Shown piece after piece: positions 9,279 through 18,363 of a stretch of DNA of 64,000 nucleotides; within the stretch, counting starts at the first letter, position 1, and each line of letters starts with the position of its first letter. Source of the DNA: an uncultured Bacteroidota bacterium. GTDB taxonomy: Bacteria > Bacteroidota > Bacteroidia > Bacteroidales > UBA12481. The stretch lies in contig CAINOB010000002.1 in NCBI GenBank assembly GCA_903851365.1, forward strand, positions 12,051-76,050, written 5' to 3'. The position numbers were made by a program, and so were the translations under genes. The notes under the pieces are model-generated. The model was not told the origin of the DNA and searched no databases. It worked only from the letters and a program-made list of their open reading frames with translations.

Positions 9279-12170
9279 TTACCTTGCCAGGCTTTTATTG
9301 AATGATTCCGGCGGACCGAGGTATGACTTCTTAACCCCACCTGTATTTATTATCAGTTTATCGATTACAATACCCGGATCAACCATCCAGATTTTCAGGG
9401 TATGAGCGCCTTCCTTATCAATATTCAGTTCGGTTTGCAGGGTCATCAGGTTCTCCATTTCACTACGGTTCCCGTTCTTGTAAGCCACCAATTGCGGCTT
9501 GTTGTCATCAAGCGCCACAGCAACCCGTAACCCATAGTCTGAGTTAATGCGGAAGGATGGAATGCAGTTGAACTGTAAAGAAGCTTTCCCCGTCGTGAAA
9601 GCAAATATGTCGTACTCAAGGCGCGGCGAACCGGCTATTATCTGGTCGGGGTCAATGATACTGGCAACTGTTGGTGGCAGTACGGTAACGGAATTTCCCG
9701 TTCTGCCCAGACCTTCAATGATGGTCCACCCGGCTCCCTGTCCGTTGATTTTCCTCGAAAAGTGTTCCGCCTCGATTGATATATATCCGTTGCTTTCTAC
9801 AAATCCTTTTACATCAATGGGAGCTGGTGAAGCGGGATTGAAAATGGTAAGATTGAACTCCCGGCCCATCCCTTCATTTTCGGCCGATGAGGACTCTTTG
9901 AAAAATATTTTACCCGGTACAGCGATTCCTTTTGGCGCTTTATTCCAATCGATCGAAACCCAAATCCTTTTTTCATCGGAAATGACACCCGATGTTACGC
10001 TTAAAACGATCCAATCAGCAGAAGACTTTGATGACCAGTAGATGACACCGGTTCCGGTATTGTACAGATCGATGAACCTCCGGTCCTTGCTGTAAACGCT
10101 GAACCCAGGTAATTTTGCCGTATCACCGCCTTCGGCAATTGCCCGCAATGAAGGTTCACCATCCCCGGAGTAACAACTTAGCGGGGGCATGTCCCACTGG
10201 TGCCACTGTGCACCCCAGGGCCCGGGCAGCGAAGCCATATGGTCCCATTTGTTTCCTACGGTAACCAGCTCTCTGTTATAATGGTAAATCAGTTGATTGA
10301 TTTCATTTTCCGCTTCCTGTGCTTTCGCGGCATAGCTTGCGGCACTGCTCCTTTTCTGTGCACCATAAACATTGCTCTTTTGAGCATTCAACACCTTAAT
10401 ATTGTGGAGGGCCGTACCCTTGACGTTGTAAACCACCATCTCGAAAAAGGCATCTTTCTGTTCTATGGGCAACGATTCATATATTTTGTCCACCTGATTA
10501 ATTAGTGATTGATAGGCATCAATCCTGATCTGTGCCTCGTCATTATAATTATCCAAGCTGAACCATTCCCAGCTAAGTTTATTATCGCGACCATTCCACA
10601 GAACCATGCTTTCCGGGCGGCGGGCATATCCCAGCTCATAATGTTTGCCCATGATTTCTGCAATTGCGGCAGCATGTTCCGGGCCAAAGTCACGGGTTGC
10701 CCATTGTTTGATAAACTGCTGTGAATTTTGATGGTCCCAGGTGGAAATGTCCCAGGCCATCTGCATGAAATATTCGATATTGATCTCTGCCGGCTTGATA
10801 TCTCCCACGTTAACCACCCAAAGTTTTTTGGCATCGAAATCATAAGCCTTTTTCATCTCTGACCACGTCAAGGCCAATGGAGTGGTGCAGGTCCAGGTGT
10901 ATGCAGATGTGGCGCCATTGAGCCACTGGAAGTGGTAATAGATGCCCGATCCGCCCGATCGCTGCTGCTCCTTCTGGTTAGGCAACTGCCTGATATTTCC
11001 AAAATTATCATCCGGCCAGCAGATGGTGACATCATCTGGCACTTTTAGGCCCTGGTTATACAGTCCCAGCACCTCGGTATAGGGTATCAGCACCTGCGGT
11101 ACTTTTGTGATATCTTTATTTACCCATTTCCGGAGGATACTTCGCTGGTCCGCAAAAATCCGTTCAAGTACCGGAAGCGTGATATCGGACCCTGCCTCAT
11201 CATCTTTACCGCGTTTACCCATGGTATACATGTTTTCATATCGTCCGTTGGCTTTTACGCGGTCTTCCCAGTATTTGTAGATATGATCCCGGTTTTTAAC
11301 GTAATCCCATGGTTGCCCGGGATACTCCTTGTCCCATTCGGCGCCGGCGATATTGTTCCTCAGCATGGGCTCGATATGCGAAGAACCCATGATTATTGCA
11401 TATTCATCGGCCACCACTTTATTTTGTTCATACTGATTAAACGGCTTGGTTTGTACCTGCATGGCGGGCCAGACAAGATTTGCCTTCAACCGAAGCAGAA
11501 GCTCAAATATCTTGCTGTATGTTGTGGGCCCGATACCTAGTCCTTCCTGAGGAGCCAGTATATTTATCGCCCATGGCCTGAGGCCCCACATTTCATCATT
11601 GATAAAGATGCCGCGGTATTTTACTGATGGGGATTTGAGAATGGTTGTTCCTGCTTTTACTATTAATTCAGAACGCTTAAGGGGGGGTACATCGGCAAAA
11701 TAATACCAGGGCGATACGCCGATCAGTTTTGATAATTCGAAGATTCCATAGGCTGTACCCCGTCGGTCGCTCCCGGCAATTACGAGTGCCTTTGAGATCC
11801 CAGGGAAGGGATTATCGACCGTTTGAGTCAGGCAGCTTTCCCACTGGCCCTTTACCCCCGATACGTCGATTTTTCGGCTTGAAATCAGTTTTTTGATGAT
11901 TCTGCTGCGATCAATGGATCCGATGATCACGCAATAGGGAATGGGTTCCGTTTGATTGGTTATCAGCAAAGGTTTATATCCGGTGACGCGTTCCACATCA
12001 TTCCGGAACAAACCCGCACAAAGTTTCACGGTAGGGTAATCCTGCTCATCGATCAGGATAATGGCAAGATTCTGTTTAGTTACCAGCTGAAAATCCTGGG
12101 CCGATGCCGGAGCGATTATCAATGTTGCAAGCACAAAAAAGACCAGGCGCGTGAATATTTGGATTTTCAT
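9279..12170 (-). CDS. GH115 family alpha-glucuronidase, secreted
   Basis: 963 aa with a signal peptide. The block GSDRRGTAYGIFELSKLIGVSPWYYFADVPP and the overall length are characteristic of GH115. Confidence 0.8.
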   Translation of the reverse strand: MKIQIFTRLVFFVLATLIIAPASAQDFQLVTKQNLAIILIDEQDYPTVKLCAGLFRNDVERVTGYKPLLITNQTEPIPYCVIIGSIDRSRIIKKLISSRKIDVSGVKGQWESCLTQTVDNPFPGISKALVIAGSDRRGTAYGIFELSKLIGVSPWYYFADVPPLKRSELIVKAGTTILKSPSVKYRGIFINDEMWGLRPWAINILAPQEGLGIGPTTYSKIFELLLRLKANLVWPAMQVQTKPFNQYEQNKVVADEYAIIMGSSHIEPMLRNNIAGAEWDKEYPGQPWDYVKNRDHIYKYWEDRVKANGRYENMYTMGKRGKDDEAGSDITLPVLERIFADQRSILRKWVNKDITKVPQVLIPYTEVLGLYNQGLKVPDDVTICWPDDNFGNIRQLPNQKEQQRSGGSGIYYHFQWLNGATSAYTWTCTTPLALTWSEMKKAYDFDAKKLWVVNVGDIKPAEINIEYFMQMAWDISTWDHQNSQQFIKQWATRDFGPEHAAAIAEIMGKHYELGYARRPESMVLWNGRDNKLSWEWFSLDNYNDEAQIRIDAYQSLINQVDKIYESLPIEQKDAFFEMVVYNVKGTALHNIKVLNAQKSNVYGAQKRSSAASYAAKAQEAENEINQLIYHYNRELVTVGNKWDHMASLPGPWGAQWHQWDMPPLSCYSGDGEPSLRAIAEGGDTAKLPGFSVYSKDRRFIDLYNTGTGVIYWSSKSSADWIVLSVTSGVISDEKRIWVSIDWNKAPKGIAVPGKIFFKESSSAENEGMGREFNLTIFNPASPAPIDVKGFVESNGYISIEAEHFSRKINGQGAGWTIIEGLGRTGNSVTVLPPTVASIIDPDQIIAGSPRLEYDIFAFTTGKASLQFNCIPSFRINSDYGLRVAVALDDNKPQLVAYKNGNRSEMENLMTLQTELNIDKEGAHTLKIWMVDPGIVIDKLIINTGGVKKSYLGPPESFNKSLAR

Positions 12171-12179
12171 GGGTTCAAA

Positions 12180-14447
12180 TTATTTGATGATAAAATCAGG
12201 TTTGGTATCGCCCTGATACAGGATAACCTCTTGATCCTTGCTGATATCGATCCTGTAGCAGCCTTTTTCGAGCTCTACTAATTTAGTATTGTATTTACTT
12301 TCGATTCGAGGTGTTCCATTCATTGCCGGACAAATTACGCAGGGTTCGCCCGCCAGGCTCCTGATTCTCACGAAGCTCGTTATTCCGTTTACGCGGCTGG
12401 CACTGATAAGAAATGCTCCTTCAGTTCTGAGATTATGAAAAGCCACCTCTTTCCAACCGTCAGGCAAAGCCGGAAACACCCGGATTTTGTTGCCCCAGCT
12501 TTGCAGAAGCATATCCTGGGCGCAGGTATTGTAACTCAGTGATGTTTCGATACATGGAGTGGAAAGGTAGTAGATGCCGTTTTTTCCCAGTTTTTCATTT
12601 TCCACCTCTTTGTACAGAATATCATTCATACGCTGAAGAGCCAGGTTACCCAGGCCCAGGGCTGCGGCTGCCGGAGAGGATTGTGATGCTCCCATTTTTG
12701 GCATGGTGAGGGGTTGGAAATATCTCACCGACCTTTCAAGCAGGTCTTTGTTTTTGTTGTTATCGATATTTTCAAGATAGAGCGGATAGATCATCATCAG
12801 GTGTGACATATGCTGATGATCTTTGGGAGCAGGGTAGCCGTTTCCAAGCATATACCCGTTTTCATCGGCCGAATAATCCACCAGTTGATTCCTGATCTTT
12901 TCCCATTCGATCAGGAGTGGATCATCAATTTCTAAAATGCGACAACTCTCGATCAGCCTCATGCATCCCCATTTCAGCAGGGCCAGATCGAAATTACAAT
13001 CGCTGTAAATTCCTGATTCAGGCGAAAAGGTTGGAGGGAGATGCAGTTTGCCGTCATCGCCGGTAAACAGCAGGTGTCGATAAAGATTGACACTCCGTCG
13101 GAGCAAAGGGAAAACAGTGGCCTTCAGCATTTCCTTGTCCATTGAATACCGGTAATGTAGCCAGCAATTATTCAGCAGCCAGGGAAGGCAACCCACCATT
13201 TCGCGATACCTACCGTCGCCATCCCTTTTCCCTTTCAGGTCGAAGGCTGTGGCCAGTGGGAGCAGCGCAGAATCGCTTTGCCACTCACTGGGAACAACGT
13301 TTTTGGTCAGGTTCTCCTGGTTGCGTTGAAGGCACTCAACGAGGGCCTCACCGAGATGCAGCCTGTTTGCTGTGTAAACCGGGAAATGAGCCGTTTGGGT
13401 ATTAAAATCATGCGTACTGTAAGGCCAGGGCCCGCCGGAGTTCCACATGCCGGGGGTATCAATGTATTGTGCACCGGGACGGGTGCAACAGGCCAATCGG
13501 TATACATTATTCCAATAGAACGTTTGCCCGACAGGATCCGGGAAGGTGATAAAACTTTCAGGGTAATAATTGTGCCACCAGGCCCGGTGCTGGTCTCGCC
13601 ATTTCTTCAGGCTTGTTTTGGTTTTTTCCGTTGCCAGCAAAATGGCACTAACTGCCTCACCAGCTGATTTTTTATCGGGGAAACTATTTTTAATCGTAAT
13701 CAGCAGGGTAGTTGAGTTTTTTGCCGTTTGCTCCACTTTCCAGGCTGTGGTATAATCGCCACCTGCAGTCAGGTCCTGAACGCCAGCAATTATCTCCTCC
13801 TGTTTTTCCACTCTATGCTCCGGATTTTTCATCTCCTTATAGGGTGCATAAGCTTGACCGTAGGTTTTATCGCCGGGTTTTCCACCCCTCGACCCTTTGG
13901 CTTCAAACGGGTGCCATTCCCAGTCCGTAAGCTCTTCTCCACCAGAGGCTTCCATGCTGGTATAGATAACATCATCGTGCCTGTGGACAAAATGTGCTAT
14001 AATCAGGCTTCCGTGGCTGGTATTTATTTGGCCGGTCAGTTCGGCATTAAAGAGGTCGAGTCTGAGGTCGCAGTCCATGATTTCGCCTTTGGATTTCATC
14101 AGGAAATATCCGATCTGATAACGGGGGCGGCTATAAGCGGTCCATCCGTAAGTGTCATCGGCATGGTCGTGCACATCAGTTCTGAAAACCTGCAGCCGGA
14201 TCTTGTATTGTTCCATCCAGATCATTGATCCTATCAGCCCGTTTCCAAGATGGGGAGCTTCTGTCATGCCTGAAGGGATCTTTTTCCAAAGGAGATCATG
14301 GTTTTTCATCATCTCCTTCCAGTTTACATGTGCGAGGACCTGGCTGGCGCCTTCCGGCATTAAAAATGAAGCAGGAAAAACCATTGCCCCGGCTGCTGCG
14401 CCTGCTGATTTCTTAAGAAAAACCCGTCTGTTGATAGGTCTTTTCAT
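12180..14447 (-). CDS. GH95-like six-hairpin glycoside hydrolase with a twin-arginine (TAT) signal
   Basis: The N-terminus INRRVFLKKSAGAAAGAMV is TAT-like. HLGNGLIGSMIW resembles the GH95 N-domain motif. The C-terminal block IRVFPALPDGWKEVAFHNLRTEGAFLISA resembles the GH95 C-terminal pattern. It is more divergent than the canonical GH95 at 32155..34491. Confidence 0.5.
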   Translation of the reverse strand: MKRPINRRVFLKKSAGAAAGAMVFPASFLMPEGASQVLAHVNWKEMMKNHDLLWKKIPSGMTEAPHLGNGLIGSMIWMEQYKIRLQVFRTDVHDHADDTYGWTAYSRPRYQIGYFLMKSKGEIMDCDLRLDLFNAELTGQINTSHGSLIIAHFVHRHDDVIYTSMEASGGEELTDWEWHPFEAKGSRGGKPGDKTYGQAYAPYKEMKNPEHRVEKQEEIIAGVQDLTAGGDYTTAWKVEQTAKNSTTLLITIKNSFPDKKSAGEAVSAILLATEKTKTSLKKWRDQHRAWWHNYYPESFITFPDPVGQTFYWNNVYRLACCTRPGAQYIDTPGMWNSGGPWPYSTHDFNTQTAHFPVYTANRLHLGEALVECLQRNQENLTKNVVPSEWQSDSALLPLATAFDLKGKRDGDGRYREMVGCLPWLLNNCWLHYRYSMDKEMLKATVFPLLRRSVNLYRHLLFTGDDGKLHLPPTFSPESGIYSDCNFDLALLKWGCMRLIESCRILEIDDPLLIEWEKIRNQLVDYSADENGYMLGNGYPAPKDHQHMSHLMMIYPLYLENIDNNKNKDLLERSVRYFQPLTMPKMGASQSSPAAAALGLGNLALQRMNDILYKEVENEKLGKNGIYYLSTPCIETSLSYNTCAQDMLLQSWGNKIRVFPALPDGWKEVAFHNLRTEGAFLISASRVNGITSFVRIRSLAGEPCVICPAMNGTPRIESKYNTKLVELEKGCYRIDISKDQEVILYQGDTKPDFIIK

Positions 14448-14476
14448 AATTTCTACAGCCGCAATTTGAAGATTAC

Positions 14477-16360
14477 TTATTCGGCCTTAACAAACTTAAT
14501 CTTTTCGGAAAAAACTCCATCGGTATAATTCAGAATGTAAATGCCTGTTGAAAGTGAGCTGGTATTCAGAACCTCACTCATTTTTCGCAGGTTGATTGTC
14601 TGAAGTATTTTCCCGGTCAGATCCATCAGCTGAAGTTTAGAATTGGGGTTGGGATTTGATTTCAGCAAAATGTTTAAAGAATGAGACGCGGGATTTGGAT
14701 AGACTTCAATGGCCGGATAATCAGCAGGGGTATTATCTGCATGATTAGCCTCTCCCTTTTCCTGGGCCACAACAATCGGAACATATCCTATGGAATATTC
14801 GGGTGGCGGAGTGACAAAAAGTGCAGTGTCGAATGCCACCAGACTGCCACTTGACGGGGCCTTCATATAGGTTTGTTCGATGGTCCAGTTTTTATGCATG
14901 GATTCAACCAACAGCTGCAGACTGTCTTTTTTTCCTTGGGTCCAGTTAAACTGCTGAAAGACAGGTTGATCTATGAATCGATACCAAAAATAGGTAACCA
15001 TTGAATGATCACTCAGATAGGCAAAGAACGGGCCTGCCATCGGACCGGGATTTCTCCAGGAACCCTTTAACTCTGCATGATAAGGTGTGGGATTTTCGGA
15101 TGGGGCATTGAAATGCTTATCCAGAAGCCCGGTTGAAACCGGCACTTTGGAGGCTGGAATGGCGACTCTGAAATTTGCTGAGTCTTTGAAATACTCAGGA
15201 AAATTTCCCATTCCATCAGAAATATTGCCGGTCCATTTAAGGCCGAATGCATTACTCTGGAAAATTGCCGGAGTAGCAACTTCGTTTATTCCCACCACAG
15301 TTTTTCCATTCTGATCATAGGTCACCGGGTAGGTGCGCATCACAGGCTTGTAGGTTCCTGTTGCCAGAAAAGAACCGGAAGGGGCCTGTCCGCCGTTTCT
15401 CCAGGCGAGAACTGCATTATAAATTGCGCTCTTGCTGTAAAACGTCACATCTTTGGATAGAATGGTTCTGTTTAAGCTATCGACCGGAAATTGCAGTCTG
15501 GGAATTTTGTAGTAGTGGTTTTGGCTGGCATCAGTGGCGCTCAAGATTGGCACCGTATTGAACTCCATGGTACCGCCCGACAGGTTTTTGACTGAGGGAC
15601 GCGAATCCAGTCCCCGGCCATGATCGAAGGGATAATCCTTTGAGATTTTAGCCCAGGTTTCCGGCAAATAATAGGCCAGCGGGCCCTTGAAATTCTGAGC
15701 ATTCAAAAAGCAGGTCCAGCTTTTTTCGCCTACCGGATATTGTTCGGTACAGGCAGGGGTAAGAGGCAATGACATATAGCTGATCCCCAGAAGCTCTCCA
15801 TTGGGATTTCCCTGAAATGTCATTCCATCCGGAGGAATAAGTATGCGGTTTGATATTTGGGCGATGCCTAAAATACTGTCTGGCAATGGAGTGTCGCTCC
15901 AAAAGAATTGCCAGCCGGGGGTGGAAATTTCCTTAGTATAGCAGTTTGGGGTGGAATTCATTTTGAATTTTGGCGGACCGTAATGGAACTTATTGCCTGC
16001 CCAGTAGCCGGGGCCTCCTTCAACTGTCTGAAATACATCACCATAAGTGGGACCTCTTTCCGGCCAGTTATCTCTTGCGACTGTTCCAACGGGGCAGAGA
16101 GCAATAGTGGTGTTATCTGAATTATCAGGAATTATCCAACTTGAGGGCAACCCAATCTGGAATCCATCAACAGGCGTGCTTATCAGGGGCCAGATGGCCG
16201 AATAAAATCCGAATCCTTCACCATAGCTGGCAGGGGCCTGAGCGGGATAGCTGGCAATATATCCGTGAAGACCATTCTGACCAATTACAGGTGAATAACC
16301 GATCGAAATCAGGACAGTACAGAGAAGTATATATCTGGTTAACGTGCTTTTTTTGTTCAT
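14477..16360 (-). CDS. Uncharacterised secreted protein (family X, divergent member) with T9SS C-terminal sorting domain
   Basis: Signal peptide present. It shares blocks with 47330..48973 and 49008..50957 (SWTCFLNAQNFKGPLAYYLPETW; GPMAGPF..TYFWYRFIDQP; VTPPPEYSIGYVPIV). The last 77 aa (14477..14710: IEVYPNPASHSLNILL...GIYILNY...KFVKAE) are a Por-secretion-tail type CTD. Confidence 0.7.
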   Translation of the reverse strand: MNKKSTLTRYILLCTVLISIGYSPVIGQNGLHGYIASYPAQAPASYGEGFGFYSAIWPLISTPVDGFQIGLPSSWIIPDNSDNTTIALCPVGTVARDNWPERGPTYGDVFQTVEGGPGYWAGNKFHYGPPKFKMNSTPNCYTKEISTPGWQFFWSDTPLPDSILGIAQISNRILIPPDGMTFQGNPNGELLGISYMSLPLTPACTEQYPVGEKSWTCFLNAQNFKGPLAYYLPETWAKISKDYPFDHGRGLDSRPSVKNLSGGTMEFNTVPILSATDASQNHYYKIPRLQFPVDSLNRTILSKDVTFYSKSAIYNAVLAWRNGGQAPSGSFLATGTYKPVMRTYPVTYDQNGKTVVGINEVATPAIFQSNAFGLKWTGNISDGMGNFPEYFKDSANFRVAIPASKVPVSTGLLDKHFNAPSENPTPYHAELKGSWRNPGPMAGPFFAYLSDHSMVTYFWYRFIDQPVFQQFNWTQGKKDSLQLLVESMHKNWTIEQTYMKAPSSGSLVAFDTALFVTPPPEYSIGYVPIVVAQEKGEANHADNTPADYPAIEVYPNPASHSLNILLKSNPNPNSKLQLMDLTGKILQTINLRKMSEVLNTSSLSTGIYILNYTDGVFSEKIKFVKAE

Positions 16361-16361
16361 T

Positions 16362-18266
16362 TTATCTGATGACCAGCTGCCGTGTTTTAAGGAAATTTCC
16401 GGCTTTCATGGTGTAGAAATAGACGCCGGCTCCAAGGGTGCCAGTTTCCAGGGTAATAGTATGTTTTCCGGCGGGCATGGTGCCTTTGTTCAGTTCGATG
16501 ACCTTACGCCCGGTGATGTCCGTTACCTCGAAAGTCACATCAGATCCGGCAGCAAGTTCAAAGTCGATTTGGGTGCTCCCGTTGAAAGGGTTCGGGTAGT
16601 TCTGACCAAGTAATGACTGTTCTGAAATAGCCCCTGTACCGTCCTTGATATTAGCGTGATCATTCAGGTTCAGGCGGATCATCAAGTTTCTTTTTCCGAT
16701 ATAATCGCCCAGGCCGGTCTCCCAGTTTCCATTGTAAAATCCCATCGATGTTGACTCGACAAGCTTAACCGAGTTATCAGTACCGATTTCCAGACCCTTA
16801 TTACGCCGGACCATATATTCCGGATTCATGTTGTCGAAAGTTAAACCTGCATAAACCAGATCTCCCTTGTGAAGGAATTCCGATTCACCGTCCTTATCGA
16901 ATTGCAGGGTCACCCACTTGTTGAAGTCGGCCGAATCAAGCTGGATGGTTTCCGTTGACAGCAGCTCAAAAGGTGTGGGGTCAGTCTGCCCAACCGGGAC
17001 AAAATAGAGCGAGTAGCGGTAGTTGATCAGTGCATCGGCCTTTCCTCCGGCAATAAACACGGAGACCGAGCTCACTTCGCAATCATTATATATCGGGAAG
17101 ATCGATCCGGTAAAGAATCCGACGTTCGCAACGGCGGCGGCATCATACCGTTCCTTCGTGAATGACCAGCCAAGTTTGTTGATATCACCGGCTCGTGAAT
17201 AGATGCTGTCGGTCACATTAAAAAATACTTCCTTATTATTATCCGTCGGATTTTCGTCCCCGGCTTTAGCTTTGAAATTCATGGCCAGTTTGTAATGTCC
17301 GTATTCTGTTGGTGAATATCGGTCTGCAACCCTGACTGTATCGATAACCAGTGAGGAAAGATCCTTTTTCGGCGATGTCCGGTGAAACACATTGTTTCCG
17401 TTTTTGGTGATATCCAGATCCATTTGAACCTCTTCCTGGTCATATTCACCAAAATTCAGCACGGTAGTTTCGAAATTATAGAACCCGTTGTTGCCGGTCA
17501 ACTGTGATTTCGGGATGCTGGCAATCCAGGGTACTTTGGTGTTCGCGTCATTGTCATCCCATTCCGTTTTTACATAGCTTATTTTCAGATCATTGTTGTA
17601 TGCTTCTGATAAGGTAAAATCGTCGATTGCCCAATAGTATAAAGCGGAATGGAGCCAGTGCAATCTCATTTGAACGTTTGAAGCACCCGCTGCGACATCA
17701 GATATATTTACTTCCATGATGGCCGGCACTCCTGCCGGGTAGTCCAGTGGCCTGTCTTTGTGGCCGCAACCGAAATTGACGCTGTAGGAGGCTGAATGGA
17801 CCCAGTTATCCACTGAAACCTCCAGGAACATATCCACCGGGGAGGAGCCCATGAAGTGGGTTTGATACCTGACCACAACAGAGGAGTGTGCACTGCAGTT
17901 CATGGTCGGAAAGCCCACCGAGTTATCCACCGTAATCTCCGGAGCACCCGCGACCTGGAATATCTCCATGAACAGGGCGATACAGCCATTATCCTTTGTG
18001 GTAGACTGAAGCATCGGATCGTGTGTTCCTGTCCCGTCGAACCGACCTTTCCACCATACAAAATTGGTTCCCTGGTCCTTTGGATCCAGAAAATAATATC
18101 CGGCCGGCGCTGTCCAGCCTTTGGGATCGGCCGGATTTTCCCAGCCGAAGGTTTCCGAGTAGAATACTTTCCCGTCACCCTTTGTGTTGGGGGCCTGGGC
18201 TTGTGTTTCTGTAACTGCCAGCATACCTGCAAGCAATAGTAAAAAGTATAAGTTCCGCATATTCAT
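16362..18266 (-). CDS. Secreted beta-sandwich (MAM / choice-of-anchor-J-like, tentative) protein with T9SS C-terminal sorting domain
   Basis: Signal peptide present. The N-terminal region (SETFGWENPADPKGWT...YWAIDDFTLSE) resembles choice-of-anchor-J/MAM-type jellyrolls. The last ~82 aa (16362..16610: NYPNPFNGSTQIDFEL...GVYFYTMKAG...) are a T9SS CTD. There is a 1-nt gap to the next gene. Confidence 0.55.
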   Translation of the reverse strand: MNMRNLYFLLLLAGMLAVTETQAQAPNTKGDGKVFYSETFGWENPADPKGWTAPAGYYFLDPKDQGTNFVWWKGRFDGTGTHDPMLQSTTKDNGCIALFMEIFQVAGAPEITVDNSVGFPTMNCSAHSSVVVRYQTHFMGSSPVDMFLEVSVDNWVHSASYSVNFGCGHKDRPLDYPAGVPAIMEVNISDVAAGASNVQMRLHWLHSALYYWAIDDFTLSEAYNNDLKISYVKTEWDDNDANTKVPWIASIPKSQLTGNNGFYNFETTVLNFGEYDQEEVQMDLDITKNGNNVFHRTSPKKDLSSLVIDTVRVADRYSPTEYGHYKLAMNFKAKAGDENPTDNNKEVFFNVTDSIYSRAGDINKLGWSFTKERYDAAAVANVGFFTGSIFPIYNDCEVSSVSVFIAGGKADALINYRYSLYFVPVGQTDPTPFELLSTETIQLDSADFNKWVTLQFDKDGESEFLHKGDLVYAGLTFDNMNPEYMVRRNKGLEIGTDNSVKLVESTSMGFYNGNWETGLGDYIGKRNLMIRLNLNDHANIKDGTGAISEQSLLGQNYPNPFNGSTQIDFELAAGSDVTFEVTDITGRKVIELNKGTMPAGKHTITLETGTLGAGVYFYTMKAGNFLKTRQLVIR

Positions 18267-18363
18267 GAGATTTGGTCATGGAAAGGTAATCCTATTTGGA
18301 CTGCGGTAAGTTTATCCAATTGGCAGGTTTGGATATCATCTTGCAGGGGGATGGGCTGCTTTT

